From contig CAJOGQ010000002.1 of the NCBI GenBank assembly GCA_905234125.1, forward strand, positions 455-64,454: 64,000 nucleotides of DNA, written 5' to 3'. Positions 52,294 to 61,572 of the stretch are shown here, piece after piece. How positions within the stretch are numbered: the stretch's first letter is position 1; each line of letters opens with the position of its first letter. A program made the translations under genes and the position numbers. The notes under the pieces are model-generated. The model did no database searches, was not told the origin of the DNA, and saw only the letters and a program-made list of their open reading frames with translations. The stretch comes from an uncultured Bacteroidaceae bacterium. GTDB taxonomy: Bacteria > Bacteroidota > Bacteroidia > Bacteroidales > Bacteroidaceae.

Positions 52294-53736
52294 TTATTCT
52301 TTGGTACGTGCTTCAATCTCTTTGTTGATTTCGTCAATCTTCTCGTCAGTCAGCTCATAGCGAGAGATGATGAAGATGGCCAGACCCAGCAAGATGGCAG
52401 GAATGACACAGACGAGCCACAGGATTCCCTCTTCGGCAAAAGGAGTCTGGTCGATAACCTCGCTGTTATATCCTACGTATGCCAAGACTGCAGGGCCAAC
52501 GATGCTTCCGAATGTCATACCAGCCTTGAAAAACAGTCCTGTCAAAGCGTTCACAATACCAGAAATGCGACGGCCAGTGGTGTACTCACCGTATGAAATC
52601 ACTTCAGGAACCAGTGCCCACATATATCCAGTAGCCACAATCACGCCAGTGCTCTTGATGAACTGTGCCACATAAATCATCATCATGCTGGGATTCTCCA
52701 TCTTGGAAATGAAATAGAGCATAGCCATACCGATGATGGCCGCACCCAGGAAGATGTAGAACATGTTCTTCTTTCCGACCATGCGCTTGAACCAAGGAAC
52801 CAGTGGCATGAACAGGAATGCGGGCAGAGAGCCTAAAGCCATGAAGATGGACAGTTCCTGAGCTGAGCCGTGCAGATTGCTGTTGATGAAGTAGGCTCCA
52901 GCAGCGTTACCAACCGACATCATGGCGAAAGCGGTGATGAAGAAGAAGGCCAGAACTCGCAAGGGACGGTTGCGGAGGAACTCCATCCAGAGGTCGCTCA
53001 CCTTCACGTCTTCAGTGGTCTTGGCATCCATGACCACACGCTCCTTACACTGAGTGAAGCAGAACACGAGCAGGCAGAATCCCACGATGGCATAGATGGT
53101 CATGGTCGTAAACCATGCAGACGGGTCTTTGGGAAGGCTGTCGGACGGTGCGCCTACAATCAGGGCGATGAAGAGTGGCAGACCTGAGTTCACAGCCAAA
53201 CCACCCAGATTGGCCATAAACATACGCACCGACGTGAGCACCGTGATTTCATGGGTGTCACGAGTCAGCGATGAGTTCAAGGCTCCGTATGGCACGTTGA
53301 TGAACGTATAGAGCAACTGCATAGCCACATAAGTCACGTATGCATAAATCAGCGATGGTGCGAATCCGTTCCAGAAGCAGAGGATGGCGAAGCCTGAAAG
53401 CGGAATACCCACATAGAGCAGATAGGAACGGTATTTACCGAAACGTGGGTTGCTCTTGTCGATTAATGTGCCGACAATCGGGTCCCAAATCACATTGGCC
53501 ACATTGCCCACAAGGAACATGATGGCCACTGCCGATGGGGTCAGTCCGTAGATGTCGGTGTAGAAAAACAGCAGGTAAGTACAGATTACCTGGAAGATGA
53601 GGTTCTGGGCAAGGTCACCAGAACCGAAGCCGATGCGTTGAATCCAGCTCAGCTTGTAGAAGCCTTTGGCTTCCTGATTTACATTTTCTGTTGCCATTTG
53701 AATATAAGGTTTTGTATTGATATTGTCCTTTAGCAC
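52294..53736 (-). CDS. Glycoside-pentoside-hexuronide (GPH):cation symporter family transporter (xyloside transporter-like)
   Basis: It is a 12-TM MFS-like protein with the GPH motif SNPRFGKYRSY. An alternative start is MATENVNQ at 53697. Confidence 0.8.
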   Translation of the reverse strand: MLKDNINTKPYIQMATENVNQEAKGFYKLSWIQRIGFGSGDLAQNLIFQVICTYLLFFYTDIYGLTPSAVAIMFLVGNVANVIWDPIVGTLIDKSNPRFGKYRSYLLYVGIPLSGFAILCFWNGFAPSLIYAYVTYVAMQLLYTFINVPYGALNSSLTRDTHEITVLTSVRMFMANLGGLAVNSGLPLFIALIVGAPSDSLPKDPSAWFTTMTIYAIVGFCLLVFCFTQCKERVVMDAKTTEDVKVSDLWMEFLRNRPLRVLAFFFITAFAMMSVGNAAGAYFINSNLHGSAQELSIFMALGSLPAFLFMPLVPWFKRMVGKKNMFYIFLGAAIIGMAMLYFISKMENPSMMMIYVAQFIKSTGVIVATGYMWALVPEVISYGEYTTGRRISGIVNALTGLFFKAGMTFGSIVGPAVLAYVGYNSEVIDQTPFAEEGILWLVCVIPAILLGLAIFIISRYELTDEKIDEINKEIEARTKE

Positions 53737-53770
53737 GATGCAACCTTGTGCGCATGCACAATTCGCTTTG

Positions 53771-53778
53771 CAAAGTTA
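53771..53778 (-). promoter_or_regulatory. -7 promoter box (TAACTTTG on the minus strand)
   Basis: It lies 35 nt upstream of 53736 and is the candidate promoter of the transporter-xylanase-xylosidase-xylB operon. Confidence 0.5.
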
Positions 53779-53947
53779 AACAATATCCTCCACATGGCGT
53801 TGTTGTTTTGTAACAAACCTTTTCATTCTTGTTTCTTTTCTGTCCAAATGCAGGGGAAAAAGGGCTTTCCCACCCTGTTTTTGTCCCTTTTTTGTAAAAG
53901 TTTGTTAAATCTCAGTACTATGTATTGCAAGGTATTATTATTTCACC

Positions 53948-53955
53948 TACCTTTG
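53948..53955 (+). promoter_or_regulatory. -7 promoter box (TACCTTTG)
   Basis: It lies 110 nt upstream of the padR-like ATG. The context CACCTACCTTTGCACCC is nearly identical to the argS promoter. Confidence 0.45.
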
Positions 53956-54064
53956 CACCCGAAATCGATAATAAACGGTTGTTACAACCCTAACATTACC
54001 GATAAAACAACAAACATTGACGATAAAAATAACTATCAACTTATAACTTTTAACTTACAAGCGT

Positions 54065-54409
54065 ATGAACGTGGACAATGCAAAATCGCAGATGCGGAAG
54101 GGAATGTTGGAGTATTGCATTATGCTTTTGCTCAATGAGAAGGCATACTACACATCCGACATCATCCAGCGTCTGAAGGAAGCAAATCTGCTGGTCGTCG
54201 AAGGCACGCTCTACCCGTTGCTGACACGACTGAAGAATGACGGTTTGCTGGGTTATGAATGGCAGGAGAGCACGCAGGGGCCTCCTCGCAAGTATTATGT
54301 GCTTACCGACGAAGGCAAGGAAACCCTGGAGCAGTTAGACACTGCCTGGAGCGAGTTGGAAAGCACAGTCAGGAAACTGAAAGGCAGGCGACTGCTGATT
54401 GAAAACTAA
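54065..54409 (+). CDS. PadR-family transcriptional regulator
   Basis: 114-aa ORF with a winged HTH and the motifs LEYCIMLLL, EGTLYPLLTRLKNDGLL and RKYYVLTDEG. Confidence 0.85.
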   Translation: MNVDNAKSQMRKGMLEYCIMLLLNEKAYYTSDIIQRLKEANLLVVEGTLYPLLTRLKNDGLLGYEWQESTQGPPRKYYVLTDEGKETLEQLDTAWSELESTVRKLKGRRLLIEN

Positions 54410-54467
54410 CACATTATTATATATAAAACTTGTCCCTTTGGGGACGATTTAACAGATAAAGCAAATT

Positions 54468-56279
54468 ATGAAAAAGAATATAACCATCAATCTTTGTGGC
54501 AGACTCTACCAGATAGACGAGGATGCTTACGAACTCCTGAGCCACTACACAGAAACCCTGCGCAACTACTTCCTGAAGCAGGAGGGTGGCAAGGAAATAG
54601 CCGACGACATCGAGGAGCGCATCGCTGAACTCTTCGACGACCTCAAGGCCAAGGGCACTGAAGCCATCACCATCGAACACGTGGAGGAAGTGATTCACCA
54701 AATCGGACAAGTGGAGGAAATCGCTGGCGAAGACACCTCAGCCGACACCTCCAAGGGGACTGATGCCCAGGCAAGCGCTTCTGAAAAAACTCAGCAGACA
54801 GGAACCACCAAGAAGTTCTATCGTGACTCGCAGAACAAGATGCTGGCAGGTGTCTGTGCAGGATGTGCCCAGTACTTCGGAGGCTCTGCCAATGGTTGGC
54901 GTTGGGGCTATGCCCTCGCATGCATCGCTTGGTGGTTGCTCACAGGCATCACACCACTCTCCGTGGGAGGTTTCTTCGCACTCATCCCCTTCGCATTCCT
55001 GTTGGCACCTATCGCCTTCGCCCCCTTCGTCCCCTATCTCCTGACAGCCATCATCGCCCCTGAGACGCAGACCCCAGAGGACGTGCTGAAGATGAAGGGC
55101 AAGGAAGTCAATCCCCAGAACCTGGCCACCGAGGTGCAGGAAGGCGTTATTCGGAAGAAAACTGACAACGGCTCCACTTTCTGGAAAATCTTCGTAGGCA
55201 TCATCTCCGTCGGCCTCAGCACGCTGTTGACCATCGGCTTCATCGTGGCGCTCACCTTCTTCGTCATCTTCCTTGTGGCATCGGAAACAATGGCAGACAG
55301 CTGGTGGAACATCTACGAGCCCGAAGACCTCCAGGCCATCACCTTCCCCGTCATCCTCAGCGGCATCATGTTGCTCTGCTCCATCGGTATCCTCCTCTTC
55401 TGCTCCATCCATGCAGCCATCAGCTCCTTTGGCAAGACCCCATCCATGAAAGTCCGTCAGCGTGTCATGTGGTTCCTCCTCTGGGTCGCATCAGTCATCG
55501 GATTCATCGGATGCACCACATGGGCAGTGAATCGCCTTGCAAAGACGCAGACAGCCCGTTGGGACAAAAGAGCAGGCAAGCGGACAGATGGCATCGAAGT
55601 GACCATCACCGACGAACTGGGGCATCCTTTCAACGAGACAGACTACTACTTCTTCAAAGAAAACGATTGGGAAATGGTGACAGCTGAGCACACCGACCGC
55701 TACACCTACAGCGGCGAGTACTTTACAGGCGATGAGGACGTGCGCTATCTCGACGACTGCAACGACTACGAGCCACTCATCTACACAGCCCGCAAGCACG
55801 AGGATGACGTAGAGCCAGGCTATTACCGTCTCAGCGCAGCGGTCAAGGCCAACGACGTCAACAAGTTCATCTACCTCTACGGCATCACCATCGACGAAGA
55901 GACCAACGACACCGTCACGATAGCCGACAAGGTGAAGGAGATTCCGAATTGCGGTCTGGAGAAAGGAAACATCTGGGAACTCCTCAGCCTCGAAGAAGGC
56001 AATGCGTTCATATCTGAATACCCCAACACCCTCAACGACCCCGTGCTGAAGGAACTCGTTGACCGTCTTCCAGAGCGTGACAAGCGTAAGGTGCTGGGTG
56101 CTCACGACGGTCTCGGCTATGGCTGGAGCTACATCTACATCGACAGCATCAAGGTGGACAAGCCCCACAACACCATCTTCTACGGTGTTACCACCGACAA
56201 GGAAATCACAGGCCATAACCCCACCACAGGCTGGTTCTCCGCCACCGACTTCAAGCTGGAGAAGATTGCAAATCTGTAA
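54468..56279 (+). CDS. PspC-domain membrane protein (PadR-associated sensor-like)
   Basis: 603-aa ORF. It has the PspC domain KKFYRDSQNKMLAGVCAGCAQYFG, several TM helices and a large C-terminal extracytoplasmic domain. It lies immediately downstream of the padR-like gene. Confidence 0.7.
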   Translation: MKKNITINLCGRLYQIDEDAYELLSHYTETLRNYFLKQEGGKEIADDIEERIAELFDDLKAKGTEAITIEHVEEVIHQIGQVEEIAGEDTSADTSKGTDAQASASEKTQQTGTTKKFYRDSQNKMLAGVCAGCAQYFGGSANGWRWGYALACIAWWLLTGITPLSVGGFFALIPFAFLLAPIAFAPFVPYLLTAIIAPETQTPEDVLKMKGKEVNPQNLATEVQEGVIRKKTDNGSTFWKIFVGIISVGLSTLLTIGFIVALTFFVIFLVASETMADSWWNIYEPEDLQAITFPVILSGIMLLCSIGILLFCSIHAAISSFGKTPSMKVRQRVMWFLLWVASVIGFIGCTTWAVNRLAKTQTARWDKRAGKRTDGIEVTITDELGHPFNETDYYFFKENDWEMVTAEHTDRYTYSGEYFTGDEDVRYLDDCNDYEPLIYTARKHEDDVEPGYYRLSAAVKANDVNKFIYLYGITIDEETNDTVTIADKVKEIPNCGLEKGNIWELLSLEEGNAFISEYPNTLNDPVLKELVDRLPERDKRKVLGAHDGLGYGWSYIYIDSIKVDKPHNTIFYGVTTDKEITGHNPTTGWFSATDFKLEKIANL

Positions 56280-56320
56280 ACGCAGACAACATTTTCTCTC
56301 ACAGATATAAATACTTAATG

Positions 56321-56402
56321 GACGAGCCACCGGCTCAACGCCCTTGAGGCTCCGGCTCAACGCCTTTGAGCTACCGGCTCGTTGCCTTGGAGGTACCGGC
56401 TC
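56321..56402 (+). repeat. REP-like ~80-bp palindromic element, copy C
   Basis: The sequence is GACGAGCCACCGGCTCAACGCCCTTGAGGCTCCGGCTCAACGCCTTTGAGCTACCGGCTCGTTGCCTTGGAGGTACCGGCTC. It lies in the convergent intergenic region. Confidence 0.9.
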
Positions 56403-56415
56403 TGTACCAGAAAAC

Positions 56416-56447
56416 AAAAGCACTGCCCTGATTCGGGGCAGTGCTTT
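56416..56447. terminator. Bidirectional terminator-like hairpin (CCCTGATTCGGGG core)
   Basis: GCACTGCCC (56420-56428) pairs perfectly with GGGCAGTGC (56436-56444) around a 7-nt loop. It is flanked by AAAA on the 5' side and TTT on the 3' side, between convergent genes. Confidence 0.65.
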
Positions 56448-56467
56448 GGAATTATTGGCAAGGTAAC

Positions 56468-57667
56468 TTAGAATCTCACGTACATTTCTGCCCAAAGCTC
56501 GTTGTAGTCAGGGTTGGCGAGGGCACGATTGTGGACATGGCTGTACTGCACCTGCAACATCAGGTTCTTGTGAATTTGGAAGTTGGGTACGATGCTGTAG
56601 ATGGTCTTGGTGCTGTCCCAAGTCTTGTCGGCACGGTAGGTGTCGTACTTGCCATAGACTTTGAGCCAAGGTGTGCAGGGAACACCAACGGTGGCATACC
56701 ATCCGTCAGCCTTGCCTTCGCCTGTGTAGTTGGCCAGGATGCCCTGAGAATGGGCGTACTCAGCACGGACAGTCCAGGCGTTGTGCTCGTACTTGACACC
56801 TGCTGCCCAGCGATTACGATCCACCTCTGTGCCGTCAGCGAGCACGTAGTCGCCCGTCCATCCGAAGAGGCCAATGAAGAAATCCTTGATGGGCTGAATC
56901 TGGATGGAACCGATGTAGTCCTTGTGGCCGTTCTTGTCGCCTGCGTTGATGCCCTGACCGTTCATCACCTGCATCTGGTAGTGGATGAAGCGGTGGCCAT
57001 CTTTCTTCGATGGGAAGAGGTCGCCCTGCAACTGAATGCCCTGGTCACGACCGCCATTGCCGACGTTGCCGTCCTTGTCGCCGATACCTGCAATGTTGTT
57101 GGTGATTTGGGAATAGTCACCAGCACCCACATCCCAAGGGTTGTAGGGGTTCTCGAATGTGAAGGCACGCTTGTACTGACCCACCTTGATGGCGAGTTCC
57201 TTCCAATGAGCCCACTCCAAGTAGTAGTCCTTCATGTGGAAAGTGGAGTTGCTGATTTGCACCTGAATACGGTATTTGAAATCAGTGAGGATGGAACCGT
57301 CCATATACAGACGGGTGAATCGCTGGCTGAAACCTGTACCCCCCTTCGAGCCGTCTTGGTCGCTGTAGGAGTATTTGCCGATGAAATAGCCTCCGATTTT
57401 GGGTGCTGAGGCGTAGTCGGTGAGTTTGCGGCTGTAGGCAGGTTTGCCATCAGCAGAAGCGGCAGGAGCACTCTGGAAGGCACTCTCAAGGCTGTTGTTC
57501 ACAAGGCTGGTGAGGAATCCGGAGCCAGGGGTCTCGTTGGGGGAGAACTCTGAAGTCTCCGTGATTTCGTCAGAAGGGACTTGCACCTCCTGCGTCTCGT
57601 CGTTCTCTGCCCAAAGGGGCATGGTGGCAAATGATGCCAGCAAAATTGTCGATAAAATCTTTTTCAT
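56468..57667 (-). CDS. Outer-membrane porin (phosphate-selective porin O/P-like beta-barrel)
   Basis: It has a signal peptide, alternating amphipathic strands and a C-terminal ...MYVRF (terminal Phe). Confidence 0.6.
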   Translation of the reverse strand: MKKILSTILLASFATMPLWAENDETQEVQVPSDEITETSEFSPNETPGSGFLTSLVNNSLESAFQSAPAASADGKPAYSRKLTDYASAPKIGGYFIGKYSYSDQDGSKGGTGFSQRFTRLYMDGSILTDFKYRIQVQISNSTFHMKDYYLEWAHWKELAIKVGQYKRAFTFENPYNPWDVGAGDYSQITNNIAGIGDKDGNVGNGGRDQGIQLQGDLFPSKKDGHRFIHYQMQVMNGQGINAGDKNGHKDYIGSIQIQPIKDFFIGLFGWTGDYVLADGTEVDRNRWAAGVKYEHNAWTVRAEYAHSQGILANYTGEGKADGWYATVGVPCTPWLKVYGKYDTYRADKTWDSTKTIYSIVPNFQIHKNLMLQVQYSHVHNRALANPDYNELWAEMYVRF

Positions 57668-57684
57668 ACTTATTTAATAGATTA

Positions 57685-58536
57685 TCATTGTGATGAATGT
57701 TTCACTTTCTTCTTGAGCCGTTTCAACTCCTTCAGGGATGCCTTTCCTGCCACCTCACCCAAATCAATCATCTTGGCAATCTTGTCTGAAGCAAAATCGT
57801 GCGCCCCATAACCCTTGAGTTTGGGATTGATGTAAACATCTGCATCTTCGCTGTTCTGGTGGTACTTCTTCAAATCCACTCTCAGCATGGACATCAAGCC
57901 CGACAGGTCGTTCTCGTGCTTATTGACAGTCAGGTCAACCGCTATCACATAGTCGGCACCCATGTCACGTGCCACATCGACAGGCAGATTGTTGAGCACA
58001 CCTCCATCCACCAATTGCATATTGCCTATCTTGACGGGCTTGAACACCAATGGAATGGCCATGCTGGCACGCATGGCTTGTGCCAAATCACCTTCGCTGA
58101 GCACTACCTCTCGTATCTTCTTCACATCTACAGCCACACATCGGAAGGGGATAGGAAGTGAGTCGAAATCCGTCACGATTCCTCCCGTCATCTCCCGCAA
58201 TGTCCAGATGATGCTGTCACCCATCAACGAACCCGAGAAGATGTCCAACCAAGACTGGGTACGGAAGAGCGAGTCCAGTTGTTTGCTGTCGTAACCAATG
58301 GAATAAAGTCCTCCCACGATGGAACCAATGCTTGTTCCCACCACCATGTCGATGGGCACGCCAGACTTCTCTACTGCCTTCAGCACACCCACCGTTGCGG
58401 CACCTTTGGCACCACCACCACCTAATACAAGCGCCACCTTCGGGCGACGACTCTCGTTGTACTCCCGAAACGACTGTGCCGTCAGTGGCAGACTGGCTAC
58501 TATGTATATAAATAGTGTGAGGACGAATCTATTCAT
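57685..58536 (-). CDS. Patatin-like phospholipase
   Basis: It has the oxyanion motif GGGGAKG, the nucleophile motif GTSIGS and the catalytic DGG, plus a signal peptide. Confidence 0.85.
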   Translation of the reverse strand: MNRFVLTLFIYIVASLPLTAQSFREYNESRRPKVALVLGGGGAKGAATVGVLKAVEKSGVPIDMVVGTSIGSIVGGLYSIGYDSKQLDSLFRTQSWLDIFSGSLMGDSIIWTLREMTGGIVTDFDSLPIPFRCVAVDVKKIREVVLSEGDLAQAMRASMAIPLVFKPVKIGNMQLVDGGVLNNLPVDVARDMGADYVIAVDLTVNKHENDLSGLMSMLRVDLKKYHQNSEDADVYINPKLKGYGAHDFASDKIAKMIDLGEVAGKASLKELKRLKKKVKHSSQ

Positions 58537-58560
58537 GTCTGTTGAACAAAGAAATATCGT

Positions 58561-60513
58561 CTATTTCGTAATATCTGTTGTTGCTATCTGGAACTGTGGC
58601 ACTGGCACTCCTTCATTGTTGAAGAGCGAAGGTTGTGGATAATCGTCCCATCCATATCGCACAGTCGTTGCACTGACACCTGCTGGCAATGTGACAGCCA
58701 CCGTTGTATTATCCACGATGTGAGTGTCTGCCCACTGATACTTGCCATCGATGAGGACGGCAAAGTCGTTCAATTTGTCACCTTTCACCTTTAGGCCTGA
58801 ACCTGTCTCCACAAACGTAATGACGACTGTGCCATTCTCGATGCGGGCAGAAGCTGGTTTGGGCACATCAGTTCTTGTGCTCCGTTCGCCGTATGCCATC
58901 TTCATCATCTGCATGCAAGCACGATGACCAGCTGTTGCCTTGTCCTGTGGATGGATGTCGTTGTACTCACCCGTATCGAACGTTGGAGCCAACGATGCTC
59001 CCTTGATGTGCTGGGAGGCAATGTACTGCTCCTGACGAATCTTCGTCCAACTCGTCTCCACAGGCTGATCGTGCTTCGACATATAGCCAGGCAACTGCAT
59101 GATGACCACAGGAAAGTCCGTCTTGAACTGCTTTCTCCATGCTGTCACCATCGCCTCCAACATATCTGCATAACCCTCTGGATGACTCAGATTCGATTCA
59201 CCTTGATACCACAACATTCCCTTCACGGGGAAGTCCTGCAAAGGAGCAATCATGGCATTATAAAGTCCTGTTGGATTATCGACGAAATATGTGCTGGCTG
59301 GTTTGCGAGGCATCGTGCAACCCACAGCCATCTCCAGCTCCTGAGCGAGAGGAATCACCTGATCACCCACCTCCAACTGATAGAGTTTTCCTTTGGTGAA
59401 ATTGCCCATGCCGCTCTGCGACATGAGATGCACCACGATGTCGTTCTTACCAGCACGAAGGATGCCCTCCTTCACCGTATAGACACGTGGAGGATATTCG
59501 TAGGTCGTGTTGCCTACATACTGACCATTCACAAAGATGGTGTCAGCATCTTTCATGGCACCAAAACGAAGCACAGCTTGCTTTCCTGCCAAGTCGGCAG
59601 GTACATCCACTGACGTGTGGAACCAGTAGGAGCCGTTCTTGAAATTGCTCCAATTGGAAAACATATCAACCTTCTTCCAAGCAGAAAAGTCATAGCCCTC
59701 AGCACGCCATTTGTTCACGATGGTGTCAGTGGCCATCATCTGATTCTCCCAATCGTTGCCTGCCTTGTTCTCTGCGTTTCGTACACTGTCCACCCAATTC
59801 TCCTGATGATATTTCTGCTTGGCCAATTCCTTGTCATAGCCCTCAAACGTGGCCAGCACTTCACGTGGCATCCAGGCTTGTACCTGCGTGCCACCTACTG
59901 CCGAATTGATGATGCCGATGGGCACACCCTGCTCCGCTTGCAGTTCCTTGGCCATGAAGTAGCAGATGCCACTCACCTCTGCACAATTCTGAGGCGTGAT
60001 GTTCTGCCAAGGCAGACACTGCACATCGTCATTGGGACGCACATAGTTGAACTGATGAGGAAACTTCAAATAGCGAATCTGGTCATTTGAGTAGTCTTTC
60101 ACCAAGTCACCCACCACATCCATGCAACGACGGATGGGCAACTCCATGTTCGACTGTCCAGAACACAAGAACACATCGCCCACCAACACATTCTCTATCT
60201 TCTGATGATGCACGCTCGACTTAGCCACAGCCGAAACATCCAACGTATAAGGACCACCAGCCTTCATCTTCGGCAGATAGACCTTCCAGGTGCCATCAGC
60301 CTTCACCTTTGTCTGTGCCCGAAGGCCATTCATCGCCACAACAATCTTTTCACCAGCCACACCTTTGCCCCACACGGGTACCTTCGTATCACGTTGCACC
60401 ACCATTCCATCAGCAAAGAAGTGTGGCATCTGCAACCTTCTGTTGGCATTTCCCTGAGCCTGCATCAGTACGCAAGCCAGCAACATTCCTGTCAGTAAAA
60501 GAAACTTTTTCAT
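58561..60513 (-). CDS. Sialate O-acetylesterase-type (SASA domain) carbohydrate esterase
   Basis: 650-aa ORF with a signal peptide, the SGNH-like motif GDVFLCSGQSNME and two-module architecture typical of 9-O-acetylesterases. Confidence 0.8.
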   Translation of the reverse strand: MKKFLLLTGMLLACVLMQAQGNANRRLQMPHFFADGMVVQRDTKVPVWGKGVAGEKIVVAMNGLRAQTKVKADGTWKVYLPKMKAGGPYTLDVSAVAKSSVHHQKIENVLVGDVFLCSGQSNMELPIRRCMDVVGDLVKDYSNDQIRYLKFPHQFNYVRPNDDVQCLPWQNITPQNCAEVSGICYFMAKELQAEQGVPIGIINSAVGGTQVQAWMPREVLATFEGYDKELAKQKYHQENWVDSVRNAENKAGNDWENQMMATDTIVNKWRAEGYDFSAWKKVDMFSNWSNFKNGSYWFHTSVDVPADLAGKQAVLRFGAMKDADTIFVNGQYVGNTTYEYPPRVYTVKEGILRAGKNDIVVHLMSQSGMGNFTKGKLYQLEVGDQVIPLAQELEMAVGCTMPRKPASTYFVDNPTGLYNAMIAPLQDFPVKGMLWYQGESNLSHPEGYADMLEAMVTAWRKQFKTDFPVVIMQLPGYMSKHDQPVETSWTKIRQEQYIASQHIKGASLAPTFDTGEYNDIHPQDKATAGHRACMQMMKMAYGERSTRTDVPKPASARIENGTVVITFVETGSGLKVKGDKLNDFAVLIDGKYQWADTHIVDNTTVAVTLPAGVSATTVRYGWDDYPQPSLFNNEGVPVPQFQIATTDITK

Positions 60514-60545
60514 ATCAAATGTTCACAAAAAATCGATATATCGGT

Positions 60546-60553
60546 GCAAAGAT
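60546..60553 (-). promoter_or_regulatory. -7 promoter box (TATCTTTG on the minus strand)
   Basis: It lies 33 nt upstream of the ATG at 60513. Confidence 0.5.
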
Positions 60554-60572
60554 ACACATTTTAATTAGGAAA

Positions 60573-60659
60573 GAGGAATTGGGAATGAGGAATTGTTACT
60601 TTTTTTAAGAAAAAACGTCCAAAATGGCAAATAATACCCAATTCCTCATTCTTAATTCC
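60573..60659. repeat. 22-bp inverted repeat made of GGAATKR heptamers around a 43-bp A/T-rich spacer
   Basis: AGGAATTGGGAATGAGGAATTG (60573-60594) pairs with CAATTCCTCATTCTTAATTCCT (60638-60659), 20 of 22 complementary. It lies between two divergent promoters. Confidence 0.85.
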
Positions 60660-60670
60660 TCATTCTTTCT

Positions 60671-60678
60671 TACCTTTG
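60671..60678 (+). promoter_or_regulatory. -7 promoter box (TACCTTTG)
   Basis: It lies 31 nt upstream of the ATG at 60709. The ORF-track TTG start at 60676 sits inside this box. Confidence 0.5.
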
Positions 60679-60708
60679 TCCCGTCAAAACACAAATAACA
60701 ATTCAAAC

Positions 60709-61572
60709 ATGAAACGAGGACTGGTTTTGGAAGGAGGGGGCATGCGCGGACTCTTCAGCGAAGGTTTTTTTGATGTGATACAGGAAGCTGGCATCACGGT
60801 GGACGGCATCATTGGCGTGTCGGCTGGTGCCCTGTTTGGGTGCAACTTCAAATCTCATCAGCCAGGGCGTGGACTCCGCTACAACACTCGCTTCAAGAAC
60901 GACCCTCGTTATATGGGATGGTGGTCATTCCTGACAACGGGCAATCTGGTTAATGCCAAGTTTGCCTACCACACGATGCCTATGGAATTGGATGTATTTG
61001 ACATCCCAGCCTTCGAAGCCGACCCCACAGATTTCTACCTTGTTTGTACCGATATTGAGACAGGACAACCTATCTATCAGCAGATTGACCATGTGGAGGA
61101 TGAAACACTTGAGTGGTTTCGTGCCACAGGCTCCATGCCCATCGTCTCCACCCCTGTAGAGATAGATGGACGCAAACTCTTGGATGGTGGATTGGTGGAT
61201 TGCATCCCCCTTCAACACTTTCAAACCCTTGGTTATGACCGCAACATCGTCATCCTGACTCGTCCCAAAGGCTATCAGAAGACCCCCAACAAACTCATCA
61301 ACCTATTCAAGTGGTGGTATCCCAAATACCCCAAGATAGCAGAATGTATGGCACGTCGCCATGAGATGTATAACGCTGAACTCCAATACATTGAGGAACA
61401 AGCACAAAAAGGCAACATCCTTGCCATCTATCCTGACTATCCTCTCAACATCGGACGCATCGAACTGAATGAACCCAAACTGCGTGCCATCTACCAGCAT
61501 GGACGAGAAAAAGCAACTGCCATGCTGGATGAAGTGAGGAGGTTCATTCCGAGTTCTTCATCATATTCCTGA
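60709..61572 (+). CDS. Patatin-like phospholipase
   Basis: It has the motifs GGGMRG, GVSAGA and DGG. The start was trimmed to MKRGLVLEGGG. Confidence 0.85.
   Translation: MKRGLVLEGGGMRGLFSEGFFDVIQEAGITVDGIIGVSAGALFGCNFKSHQPGRGLRYNTRFKNDPRYMGWWSFLTTGNLVNAKFAYHTMPMELDVFDIPAFEADPTDFYLVCTDIETGQPIYQQIDHVEDETLEWFRATGSMPIVSTPVEIDGRKLLDGGLVDCIPLQHFQTLGYDRNIVILTRPKGYQKTPNKLINLFKWWYPKYPKIAECMARRHEMYNAELQYIEEQAQKGNILAIYPDYPLNIGRIELNEPKLRAIYQHGREKATAMLDEVRRFIPSSSSYS

Noticed and set aside
53746-54138. The 130-aa ORF spanning the transporter/padR intergenic region.
   Set aside because: It crosses two promoter boxes and the padR-like start. Its sequence is AT-rich, Phe/Leu/Lys-rich nonsense with no supporting signal.
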